DNA from: an uncultured virus (IMG/VR IMGVR_UViG_3300023180_000040)
Taxonomy: Duplodnaviria > Heunggongvirae > Uroviricota > Caudoviricetes
Strand: one strand, 5' to 3'
Length of the DNA stretch: 64,000 nucleotides
Virus record (IMG/VR): IMGVR_UViG_3300023180_000040
Location: 1 to 64,000 of that record
Part shown: piece by piece, positions 9,454-18,551 of the stretch
Layout: each line of letters begins with the position of its first letter
Position numbering within the stretch: position 1 is the first letter of the stretch
Translations under genes and position numbers: made by a program
Notes under the pieces: generated by a model
Told to the model about the DNA's origin: nothing
Database searches by the model: none
What the model saw: only the letters and a program-made list of their open reading frames with translations

Positions 9454-9526
9454 TAGCGCATAGGGGGTTCGAACCCCTGTTGCGGGAATGAAAGTCCCGA
9501 GTCCTAGACCACTAGACGAATGCGCC
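9454..9526 (-). tRNA. tRNA-Glu(UUC), no CCA
   Basis: GGCGCAT...CGGGA-CTTTCAT-TCCCG...TTCGAAC...ATGCGCT-A. Confidence 0.9.
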
Positions 9527-9537
9527 CTATAAGTTTG

Positions 9538-9546
9538 ATTATATCA
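9538..9546 (-). promoter_or_regulatory. Extended -10 promoter TGATATAAT for tRNA-Glu
   Basis: Ends 12 nt upstream of the tRNA 5' end. Confidence 0.55.
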
Positions 9547-9561
9547 AAACCAAAATAGTTT

Positions 9562-9768
9562 TTATAGTTCTAAGTTTGGATCTTTTAAAGCATTTTGTAA
9601 TCTTATCCATGCTTTTTCTTCTGCTTCTAGGTATGATTCAGCAGAAAAATAATTTTTATAAGTTTTACTTATATGAATGTAGTCAGATTTAGCCCTTTGG
9701 AACTCATCAAACGGATCATCCATTGGTCTATAATCTATATCATTAGTCATTGTTTCTTCTTCAACCAT
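9562..9768 (-). CDS. Hypothetical protein
   Basis: 68-aa ORF between tRNAs, RBS AAGGA. Confidence 0.5.
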   Translation of the reverse strand: MVEEETMTNDIDYRPMDDPFDEFQRAKSDYIHISKTYKNYFSAESYLEAEEKAWIRLQNALKDPNLEL

Positions 9769-9828
9769 AGTCGCAATCCTTTGTTATTAGTTTCCGTAAT
9801 AGAAAATAATTATGCACTATTTTTTTAG

Positions 9829-9911
9829 TAGGGGCGGTGGGAGTCGAACCCACAAACCTTACAGGTTAAGGATTTTAAGTCCTCTGCGTATGCCAATTCC
9901 GCCACGCCCCC
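9829..9911 (-). tRNA. tRNA-Leu(UAA), no CCA
   Basis: GAGGA-CTTAAAA-TCCTT, long variable arm, TTCGACT. Confidence 0.9.
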
Positions 9912-9952
9912 TTATTTCTTTTTGTCATGTATGCTCATATTAGTTCTTTTCA

Positions 9953-10024
9953 TCGGCCCACTGGGAATCGAACCCAGATTACGACTTTATAAGAGTCGCG
10001 TCCTAACCGTTGAACGATGGGCCA
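9953..10024 (-). tRNA. tRNA-Ile(UAU), no CCA
   Basis: TGGCCCA...CGACT-CTTATAA-AGTCG...TTCGATT...TGGGCCG-A. Confidence 0.85.
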
Positions 10025-10025
10025 G

Positions 10026-10107
10026 TAGGGAAGGAGGGACTTGAACCCCCACGCCTTGCGGCAACGGATTTTGAGTCCGTCGTGTCTGCCAATTTCACCA
10101 CTTCCCC
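10026..10107 (-). tRNA. tRNA-Leu(CAA), no CCA
   Basis: ACGGA-CTCAAAA-TCCGT, long variable arm. Confidence 0.9.
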
Positions 10108-10110
10108 TCA

Positions 10111-10184
10111 TGGGCAAGGAGGGACTTGAACCCCCGACTTCCTGCGTGTAAAGCAGGCACTCTGACCAACTGAGTTACTCGCCC
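10111..10184 (-). tRNA. tRNA-Val(UAC), no CCA
   Basis: CCTGC-TTTACAC-GCAGG. Confidence 0.9.
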
Positions 10185-10187
10185 AAA

Positions 10188-10260
<73 letters not shown>

Positions 10261-10267
10261 AGGATTA

Positions 10268-10459
10268 TTAACCTGTTAATCCTATACCGCTTGGTCTATC
10301 CTTTTGCATCTGATCTGCCCACTGTTGGGCTTTCTTAACGCGAGGACGCTCTGCCGAAGGCATGCGATCCTGCTCTGACTTATTTGGATGAAGTACTTCG
10401 GGAGTCCCCTTGCGAGGATCTGTGTTCTTCTTACGCTCATTAACCATATCATACTCCAA
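10268..10459 (-). CDS. Small hypothetical protein
   Basis: 63-aa ORF between tRNAs, TGATATAAT upstream. Confidence 0.45.
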   Translation of the reverse strand: MEYDMVNERKKNTDPRKGTPEVLHPNKSEQDRMPSAERPRVKKAQQWADQMQKDRPSGIGLTG

Positions 10460-10471
10460 TCTGTTTTTTAC

Positions 10472-10480
10472 ATTATATCA
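10472..10480 (-). promoter_or_regulatory. Extended -10 promoter TGATATAAT
   Basis: Upstream of the 63-aa ORF and the tRNA run. Confidence 0.5.
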
Positions 10481-10487
10481 TACTGCA

Positions 10488-10558
10488 AGCGGCTAGTCGG
10501 AATCGAACCGACGAATATGGCTTGGAAGGCCAACGTTTTACCCCTAAACTATAGCCGC
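10488..10558 (-). tRNA. tRNA-Gly(UCC), no CCA
   Basis: GCGGCTA...TGGC-CTTCCAA-GCCA...TTCGATT...TAGCCGC-T. Confidence 0.88.
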
Positions 10559-10561
10559 ATA

Positions 10562-10633
10562 CTCGGGAGGCAGGATTCGAACCTGCGACATATCGGTTAA
10601 CAGCCGACTGTTCTACCACTGAACTACTCCCGA
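10562..10633 (-). tRNA. tRNA-Asn(GUU), no CCA
   Basis: GTCGG-CTGTTAA-CCGAT. Confidence 0.9.
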
Positions 10634-10662
10634 ACGTTGCTATTTAATTATAGCAACTAACC

Positions 10663-12471
10663 TTATGCAGCAGCAACTTCTTCTAAATCTGGAATATCGC
10701 AAACCCCACCAACACACTCAAGAGAATTAAGTTCAGCAAAGTTAGATCCTTCAATGACAATACCTTGCTCTTCAATAATCTTTTTAGCCTCTGCTACAGG
10801 AATGTGTTCTAGTGGCTCTTCTCCGCGAGAACCTTGACGATAAATAGTTGTTCCCTTGCATGAATCAAGGTATTGTAACCATAAGTCGCTAAGATTGTCA
10901 AGTGGATACTCTTTTGGAAGATTAATTGTCTTTGATACTGCATTATCAATGTGCTTTTGCACAGTCTTCTGCATTTCAAAATGTGCTTCTACAGGAATGT
11001 CATAAGCACCAACGGCAATCTCACCAAACTCCTTATATTCATCTGTAATAACAAGTTCTTGTTTTTTCTGGTCACGACCTTTTTCATCGCTAACACGATA
11101 ACGACGCCAGTATACGGGAGCAAACAAAGGCTCAATGCCGCTAGTTACACCAGATACCATAGAAGTAGTTCCGGTAGGAGCAATAGTCATAAGGGCACAG
11201 TTGCGAAGACCGTGAGCCTTGATCTTGTTACGAATACCACGCTTAAGCGTCTTAGCAAAACCACCTTGCAAATATTTGTCACGATCAAAACCGGGGAATG
11301 GTCCCTTCTCAGCAGCAAGAGTTGCAGAAGCATCATAGGCTACATTCTTGTAAAACTCAAATAGTTTATTAACGAATTCAAATCCTTCTTCTGAATCGTA
11401 ACGAAGACCCAATTTTAAAAGCATAGTGTGAAGTCCCATAACGCCAGCGCCAAGGCGACGGTTCATGTGGCACTTCTCTTGAATCTCAGGAAGAGGAAAA
11501 TGATTAACATCAAGTACATTATCTAAGAAACGAACAGCAAGACGAATTGAAGCATCAAACTGGTCCCAATCAAATTCTCCGTCCTTAACAAATCTTGGAA
11601 GGACCAAAGAGCCAAGATCACAACAATCATATGCGCCTAACCAAATTTCACCACAAGGATTAGTAGAAATAAGTTCTTCATAGTAGTATATGTTGTTCAT
11701 CTTGTTTGCAAGGTGCCCATTAAGAACACCCGGCTCACCAGAATTCCACGCATTTGTTACAAGAGTCTCCCAAACTTCTTTAGCCTTAAGGATTTCACCA
11801 GTTGGGAGTCCATTGAATTCTAATACAATATCACCATCTTCTTGAACTAATCTTACAAATTCTTCTGTTGGCATATTAAGAACAACAGAAATGTTTGCAT
11901 TTTCAAGTTCTTGACGATCTAGTTTAACGTGAAGAAACTCTTCAAGATCTGGGTGATTAATATTAAGGCACTGCATAAGAGCAGCACGACGCCCACCGCC
12001 TTGACGAAGTTCATTAGCGATACCGTCTTGCATCTTCATAGCAGACACAGCACCTGTTGATACTCCACCAGTTCCCTTAATTGCGAATCCGCGAGGACGG
12101 GGCTTTGAATAGTTTGCTCCAATGCCGCCACCTAAACCTGAAATAACAGTAGTGTCATAAAGCATCTTTCCCCAACCTTCTCGGGAATCGTCTACTGGAA
12201 TAACAAAACAGTTAAGTAACTGTCCCTTTGGACGACCAGCCCCGTACCAAATACGACCACCGGGCATAAACCTATTTGTTACCAATTCCTCATAAAATTT
12301 TTCTGAGTACTTGTTAACTTTTCCATTAGTCTCTGCGTCAGCGATATGACGCGCAACTCTTTCGCAGGCTTCTTCCCAAGTCTCTTCTTCATTTCTAGCG
12401 TATCTCTCTTTAAAAATAATCTCTCCAAGTCCAGACGGACTAAACTTTTGCTGCTTCTCGTTCTCTTCCAT
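10663..12471 (-). CDS. nrdJ: Class II (B12-dependent) ribonucleotide reductase
   Basis: 'FMPGGRI', 'TNPCGEI', 'IAPTGTTS', 'AVSKTINLP', C-terminal CxxxxC. No small-subunit gene adjacent. Start moved to the ATG with AAGGAG. Confidence 0.85.
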   Translation of the reverse strand: MEENEKQQKFSPSGLGEIIFKERYARNEEETWEEACERVARHIADAETNGKVNKYSEKFYEELVTNRFMPGGRIWYGAGRPKGQLLNCFVIPVDDSREGWGKMLYDTTVISGLGGGIGANYSKPRPRGFAIKGTGGVSTGAVSAMKMQDGIANELRQGGGRRAALMQCLNINHPDLEEFLHVKLDRQELENANISVVLNMPTEEFVRLVQEDGDIVLEFNGLPTGEILKAKEVWETLVTNAWNSGEPGVLNGHLANKMNNIYYYEELISTNPCGEIWLGAYDCCDLGSLVLPRFVKDGEFDWDQFDASIRLAVRFLDNVLDVNHFPLPEIQEKCHMNRRLGAGVMGLHTMLLKLGLRYDSEEGFEFVNKLFEFYKNVAYDASATLAAEKGPFPGFDRDKYLQGGFAKTLKRGIRNKIKAHGLRNCALMTIAPTGTTSMVSGVTSGIEPLFAPVYWRRYRVSDEKGRDQKKQELVITDEYKEFGEIAVGAYDIPVEAHFEMQKTVQKHIDNAVSKTINLPKEYPLDNLSDLWLQYLDSCKGTTIYRQGSRGEEPLEHIPVAEAKKIIEEQGIVIEGSNFAELNSLECVGGVCDIPDLEEVAAA

Positions 12472-12535
12472 TCTACGCTCCTTTAAATACAACAAAGTAC
12501 ACTTTACATTACAGTAACTAAAAATAATTTAGATC

Positions 12536-12970
12536 TTACTTTCCAGAAGATCCGAACCCGCCGACACCCCTACCGTCGTGTGAAGGTGGAAGTTCGTTAA
12601 CTTCTTCAAGAGAAACGCGCTCATGTTGAACAATAACTAATTGCGCGATCTTGTCTCCCTTTTTAATCTTATAGATATTGTTAGACAAATTTAAAAGCAT
12701 TACTTTTACTTCTCCACGGTATCCAGAATCAATAAGTCCGGGAGCGTTAGGGATGATAATGCCTTTCTTGCCCATAGAAGAGCGCGGAAGTACTAATCCG
12801 CAATATCCTAATGGAATAGCAATGCCTATCCCGGTACTAACTGAATTTACTTCACCCAAGTATAGAGTATAGTCTTCACAGGCAACCAAGTCAAGACCAG
12901 CATCTCCATTGTGAGCAACTTCTGGGACTACAGCGTTATTATTTGATAAAATAATAGGTAAATGAAACAT
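12536..12970 (-). CDS. dut: dUTPase (trimeric)
   Basis: 'DAGLDL', 'PRSS', 'GLIDSGYRGE', 'RGVGGFGSSG'. Confidence 0.95.
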   Translation of the reverse strand: MFHLPIILSNNNAVVPEVAHNGDAGLDLVACEDYTLYLGEVNSVSTGIGIAIPLGYCGLVLPRSSMGKKGIIIPNAPGLIDSGYRGEVKVMLLNLSNNIYKIKKGDKIAQLVIVQHERVSLEEVNELPPSHDGRGVGGFGSSGK

Positions 12971-13047
12971 TTAAGTAATGACCCCTTTTTCACTAAATAA
13001 GGTTGTTATTCTAAGCCTTAAGATATAGATATCTAAAGAGAATAATT

Positions 13048-14619
13048 ATGCAATATAGATTTATTTGGAATATAGATCAAGATCAAATTCACTTTGTAAA
13101 TAATTTTGATTTTGAAGAACCCCTAGAAGATAATTATATCACAGGAGACTATCTTCCTGCTGATAAATCTATTTCTTTATATAAAGAAGATGTTAAAGTT
13201 CCAATAAATTTAGATTATTTTGTTCGTCTATGGAAAGCGTCTGAACCAGATAAAGAGATTGTTAGAGAAAGAGTAGAGGTAGTGAGTTTAAATAAAGTTT
13301 CAAACGTTAGACTTGCCTCAAGTCAAGAAGAAAAGTTGGTCGCCCAGTTTTTAATTGCTGAACATGGTCAAGATAGTATGTTAAATCTAGATAAACTTTT
13401 TGAAGCAAATCCTACTCCCGATGATGTAAGAAGATACTTTATTCCTTTTATAAAGAAGTTTAATCAAAACACTTTTAAGCAATTCCCTGACAACCTTCCT
13501 AGAAACGCAAAGCAATGGAGAGCCTTATCAGAAGAAGAAGTTTTTGCTTATGTAGAATATTTTGCAAATAATATATCAAGAGGCGATCAACAACTTGCTA
13601 ATTCTTTAACTCAAGCAATGATGGATAAATGGGAAATGGATGGAGTTCCATTTGATCCTGCGGAATATATCATAGATGAGGGAATGATAAACTGGAATGA
13701 AGTTCGATCTTTACTATTAAGAGAATTTGGCAATTCATTTAATTTGTTTTCTAAATGGGAAAAAGTTTCTGACTATGGAGGCTGGACAAACTGGGAAACG
13801 TTTTTGACAAATAACATTATGGAAAACGAATTTAATATATATAAATATTTTTTAGATTTAGCAAAAAAAGCCATTAGTAAATACCCAAGTGAAACTTTTT
13901 TTGAATTAAAAGAAGTTTGGCGTGAAAAAATTGAAGAAATGGTTATTGATGTACATAACAGAACCTGTGACGAAACAGAACGAATTGATGATATTCTGAA
14001 AGTAGACTTTGATGAAATTTTAGGTCATTGGTTTGAAAAAGTAAACGAAGAATTAGGTTACGATGAAGTTTATTCTTTACAAAGAAAAAATCAAATTCTA
14101 GATAAGTGGGAACCCGAAAGTTGGTGGAAAGGGTCTAAATGGAATAAAATCTCAGATCATAATGGCTGGACAAACTGGGAAACTTGGAACGTTAATCTTA
14201 TGATGGAAAACGATTATGATGACTATTTGTATTTTACGGATTTAGCAAAGAAAAATATTTCTGTTGATGACTTTGCTATGGCAGCAATCGAAAGAGTAAT
14301 TGGTCCATATAATGAACAACTTAGAAACGATTTTGCTGAATATACCGATGAAGAAGAAATTTTAATGCAATTAGAAAATGATGATCAAAAATGGCGAAGC
14401 GATGCTGAAAGAAGATATCCAGACGATCCAGAGGCTCAAGAAGATTATATTAGAAAAATGCGAGAGATTGTTTATGGCCTAATGGGAATTCCTGAACCGA
14501 CAGATATAGCAAATCATTGGCTAGATGAGTCCAAAGTGAACTGGCAAGAAATTTACGAACATTGGATTAACAATACAAAAGAATCAAGTTGGAAGGTATT
14601 GAAGTGGAAGAGAATTTAA
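13048..14619 (+). CDS. Modular acidic protein with repeated GWTNWET...[IV]NWxE[IV] domains
   Basis: Two GWTNWET copies, each preceded by SKWxK[VI]S; ends KWKRI. Confidence 0.7.
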   Translation: MQYRFIWNIDQDQIHFVNNFDFEEPLEDNYITGDYLPADKSISLYKEDVKVPINLDYFVRLWKASEPDKEIVRERVEVVSLNKVSNVRLASSQEEKLVAQFLIAEHGQDSMLNLDKLFEANPTPDDVRRYFIPFIKKFNQNTFKQFPDNLPRNAKQWRALSEEEVFAYVEYFANNISRGDQQLANSLTQAMMDKWEMDGVPFDPAEYIIDEGMINWNEVRSLLLREFGNSFNLFSKWEKVSDYGGWTNWETFLTNNIMENEFNIYKYFLDLAKKAISKYPSETFFELKEVWREKIEEMVIDVHNRTCDETERIDDILKVDFDEILGHWFEKVNEELGYDEVYSLQRKNQILDKWEPESWWKGSKWNKISDHNGWTNWETWNVNLMMENDYDDYLYFTDLAKKNISVDDFAMAAIERVIGPYNEQLRNDFAEYTDEEEILMQLENDDQKWRSDAERRYPDDPEAQEDYIRKMREIVYGLMGIPEPTDIANHWLDESKVNWQEIYEHWINNTKESSWKVLKWKRI

Positions 14620-17600
14620 TCCATAAAAAGTCTAACATTCTAGATCCGATTCACGATACTTTAGATCAAGATGTATTTAACGGGATGACTCCCAAAAGTG
14701 CTTTTTTTGAATATCACTTAGATCACGTTAGAGAAGTTTTTAGACAAAACAACTTTAACCCATATGCTTTTGATTTCTATTTAACAGGTTCTCTTTGTAC
14801 ATATCAATATTCGGAAAAATCAGATGTAGACATTTCTATTGTTTGTAACGCCGACGAGTTTGATGAAGAAGATCGTGCAGATCTTATTGCTATTGTGATT
14901 GAATCTTTAGACGGCACCTTCTTTCCTAGAACTAAACACCAATATCAACATTTTGTTCAACCAATTGGTGTAGACATTGAAGACCTTTTTATTCTCGGTC
15001 TTAGAAGCGCGTGGGATTTTCAAAAAAACGAATGGGTTCTTAAACCAAAAAGACCAACTACAGATATTAAAAAAGAAAAGCCTGATTGGATTCTAATGGG
15101 GGTTCAGGTATCTGACAAAATTAATACTTTGATTGATAATCATAAATATGAAGATGCTAAGGCAATGTATAAAAAAGTGCATCAAAAAAGAAAAGAAGAT
15201 CAGATTGACTATGGCGATTACAGCGAAGGTAATGTTATTTATAAATTTTTAGATAATAACGGAACATTTGATCGCCTAAAAAATGTTGGACAAAGAATTG
15301 CTTTTCAAAAAGAAGCATTTACAAAAGACGATTTTGTAAATTATTATTATGAATCTACTTTTTATAATAGATCTTTTCGTCAAAAAACACATCTAAACTC
15401 TAAAGGGTATCCTTGCGACTGCACCTTTGGCAAAAAAGACCTAAAAGCAGTTGCTCAATATTATAATAATATAAATAAAACCGATAGTGAAGATTTTAAA
15501 TTCAGTTTTAATAAAAATAGCAACGAGGGTGAAGAATCCAAGATAAAGCAAATCGCTCAAAAAATCCTTGATAAGCAGATCAGTGAAGAATCAAAATGGA
15601 ATAAAAGATACCCCGTTTGGAAAGAGCGTTTACAATCTATTGTTGATATGGGCGTTTTAACGGAAGAAAGCATTAAATTTTGGGGAGGAATTATTTCTTT
15701 GTACAAAAAAGCAGTACAAAGAAATGATGTGATGATCAATAATAATGCATATAGAATGTATCTTTTTAGTGGACCAACTGATCCTTTATATAGAGATAAA
15801 GATTATTTACAATCTTATAAAGAAGATTTTAGAAAACTTTGGACGGGAAACTTTGGTAAAAATACAAAAGTTGGAGATTTTATTAATAGTGAAAACTATG
15901 AGTTTCTTGGCGAATCATATGACTGGAGCGCCGAATCAGAGTTTATTGGGACAATAGATCGCTTACTTTACACAGATATTTCTTTAGATGAAGAAATAGA
16001 TTTTAGTTGGCGCTGGTGGTTTAGTTTACAAAACTCAGACAATAATCAATTAAACAATAAATTGCAAAAAATTGAAAATCTTTTTAATCAAAAAATTAAA
16101 GAAATGAAAAAAGATAATCATTTAGATTTTGGGTTTTTGACTACCTTAAATAAAGTTTCTATGCTATTAACCGATAGATATGGAAACTATGTAGAAAATT
16201 TTGAAAATATATTAGATATGATTTTAGACGGATCAATATTTAAAATGCGTCCAGAAGAAGTTTTAGATTTCTATGTACAAAACAGGTCTAACTATCCGGC
16301 TAGAAATACTATATTTGAAGGTGCCGTAAATGCAATTCAATATATGAACAGTATAAGGCTTCAATATCTCTTAAATGAATATAAAGACTTAAGATTTCCT
16401 ACAAATTTAGAAGGAATGGATAGTTTTAATGAACTAAGCCTTTCTCTTCGTCAGATAGAAACAGAAACAAAAGAAAGAGAAGAATATAAAGAATTATTAA
16501 GACAATTTAAAGAAGGAGAAGTCGCATACGAATCAGATAGTCCTGTTTTTACTTTTGAAGTTAAAAAAGGTAATCCCGAAAAAGCAAAACCGGGAGTTTG
16601 GGGAGTATACCGACTTGAAAGTACAGACGATTTAGAATTAGAAGGAAGGATATGTAACCACTGTATTGGAAGTTGGGAACAGCCTCATATTAGAAGAAGG
16701 GATGAAGATCTTAATACTGTTTATTCTGTGCGCGACCCGGATGGAGTTCCTTGGACAACTTTGGAATTAGATAAAGAAGGGGTGATTCTGGGACAAGCGT
16801 TTGGTCGTCAGGATCATGCCGTAAGACAAAATGAACAAAAGATTTTAAATGCTTTCTTCGGACAAGAAAGTTTTCAAAGACAAAGCAAAAATCCAAATAA
16901 ATATATAGTCAGAACAAGAAATGGTAAAGAGTATGTTTATAACGCATCAAGCACAGAAGATGCAGTCGAACAACACAAAGAGGCAATAAAAAGCATACCA
17001 CTTCCATTTGATTACCCCCGATGGGCTTATGAAGAAGAAATAAAAGGACTCAAAGCAGTTGCGGCATATGGTGCTGGTCACGATTGGTTTGATAAACCAG
17101 AAGGACAAAGAAGTGGTCTTTATTATGAGAGCGATTTGCCCGTTGCAGAAGAAGATATAGAAACAACTGAATATCATATGGAACCAGATGTTTTTTGGGG
17201 ACTTTCAAATATACCCGAAATATCTAGTGGTGATGAATTAGAAACGCTCTGGCAATGGGTAGAAGGTGACTATGGCGAGAGCGCTTATTTGTTTGATATG
17301 ATGAATTATTATTATCCAGATGAAGACACCCCGGTAGAGGAACTAGAAAGAGATGACTATGGATATGCTCTCGTTAGAATAGTAGAGCCATATACTTTTG
17401 ACGGGTCATATTCAAATGTTTTTAATTTTATAAATTCTATTGTAGAAAAATACGAAAATTTGCTTTTTGATGAAGAAAATAATATTTCAGATGAAATATG
17501 GGATTTTTATGAATCAGTAAAAGGACTTGGAACATATATTATTTTAACCTCTATTTCTACAGGACAAATTGAAAAAATTATTAATACCTATGTAAATGCT

Positions 17601-18551
17601 TTTGATTTTTATGTACAAAAACAAACATCTATGTTTTACAAAGAAAACAAAAAAAACAAAATTGCAATTTTAAATGGAATTAGAATAGTTTTAAAAGATT
17701 TAATTTCAAGTGTTGATTATACAACTTCGGTAAATGATATATACCATTTGTTTGATGATTCAGAAATTTCTAAAAGTCTAGAAAGTGAATATGGAAGTTG
17801 GAACTATAATTACGACTTTGAAAATTCTTACGTTGAATTTCAAATAGAGCCAAAATCAATGCCTAAAGAAGAAATTAATCAATCAAGAACATATTTAATA
17901 AATTATGTTCAATATGCAATTAATTTGTCTGAAGAAATAAAAGAATTGACGAGAAATTTTTTTGAAAGAAATTTAAACTCTCCTATTCAAAGAACAATTT
18001 GGTTTAATCAAAATGAAAATACATTAACTGGACCTCCTTTAGAACTTGAAGAAAAACAAATTCAGCCGGGAGATAGTGATTCGGATAAAGAAAGAAAATT
18101 GATACAACAAGACCTTCTGCGAAAAGAAGTTGATGATTCTGGTCTGTATGAAACAAAACTTAGAGAACTAAGAGATATTGTATACTACATTGCTAAAGAA
18201 ACAGGATTAAATGCAATTGTAAATCCAATAAATAAAATGTTCAATGACAGATTTCAACTTGGATCATATAATTCTAGATTTTTGGAAAGAAGCATGAATG
18301 AATTAATTAATTTATTAGAATATGCAAAAAATACTATTTATATGAATGAAAATCCAGACGCTGGAGCAGGAGGAATTGCTGGTGGGCAAATAAACTTTTA
18401 TATGATGCCGCCAGAACCTAGCACAGAAGAATTCGAAAGATGGGAAAGGGTACAAGAAGGTTTATTAGCGACTACAGAACCTTATAAGGGAGAAGATAGT
18501 TGGGGTTCTGAAGGATTTGCCCCAGATACAAGTAGGCGAAGAGGAATTTAA
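14589..18551 (+). CDS. Large multidomain protein: Pol-beta-type nucleotidyltransferase plus PcfJ-like domain
   Basis: 'LTGSLCTYQYSEKSDVDISIV' (GS...DxD); 'LELEGRICNHCIG...YSVRDPDGVPWTTLE'. Confidence 0.75.
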   Translation: MEGIEVEENLIHKKSNILDPIHDTLDQDVFNGMTPKSAFFEYHLDHVREVFRQNNFNPYAFDFYLTGSLCTYQYSEKSDVDISIVCNADEFDEEDRADLIAIVIESLDGTFFPRTKHQYQHFVQPIGVDIEDLFILGLRSAWDFQKNEWVLKPKRPTTDIKKEKPDWILMGVQVSDKINTLIDNHKYEDAKAMYKKVHQKRKEDQIDYGDYSEGNVIYKFLDNNGTFDRLKNVGQRIAFQKEAFTKDDFVNYYYESTFYNRSFRQKTHLNSKGYPCDCTFGKKDLKAVAQYYNNINKTDSEDFKFSFNKNSNEGEESKIKQIAQKILDKQISEESKWNKRYPVWKERLQSIVDMGVLTEESIKFWGGIISLYKKAVQRNDVMINNNAYRMYLFSGPTDPLYRDKDYLQSYKEDFRKLWTGNFGKNTKVGDFINSENYEFLGESYDWSAESEFIGTIDRLLYTDISLDEEIDFSWRWWFSLQNSDNNQLNNKLQKIENLFNQKIKEMKKDNHLDFGFLTTLNKVSMLLTDRYGNYVENFENILDMILDGSIFKMRPEEVLDFYVQNRSNYPARNTIFEGAVNAIQYMNSIRLQYLLNEYKDLRFPTNLEGMDSFNELSLSLRQIETETKEREEYKELLRQFKEGEVAYESDSPVFTFEVKKGNPEKAKPGVWGVYRLESTDDLELEGRICNHCIGSWEQPHIRRRDEDLNTVYSVRDPDGVPWTTLELDKEGVILGQAFGRQDHAVRQNEQKILNAFFGQESFQRQSKNPNKYIVRTRNGKEYVYNASSTEDAVEQHKEAIKSIPLPFDYPRWAYEEEIKGLKAVAAYGAGHDWFDKPEGQRSGLYYESDLPVAEEDIETTEYHMEPDVFWGLSNIPEISSGDELETLWQWVEGDYGESAYLFDMMNYYYPDEDTPVEELERDDYGYALVRIVEPYTFDGSYSNVFNFINSIVEKYENLLFDEENNISDEIWDFYESVKGLGTYIILTSISTGQIEKIINTYVNAFDFYVQKQTSMFYKENKKNKIAILNGIRIVLKDLISSVDYTTSVNDIYHLFDDSEISKSLESEYGSWNYNYDFENSYVEFQIEPKSMPKEEINQSRTYLINYVQYAINLSEEIKELTRNFFERNLNSPIQRTIWFNQNENTLTGPPLELEEKQIQPGDSDSDKERKLIQQDLLRKEVDDSGLYETKLRELRDIVYYIAKETGLNAIVNPINKMFNDRFQLGSYNSRFLERSMNELINLLEYAKNTIYMNENPDAGAGGIAGGQINFYMMPPEPSTEEFERWERVQEGLLATTEPYKGEDSWGSEGFAPDTSRRRGI

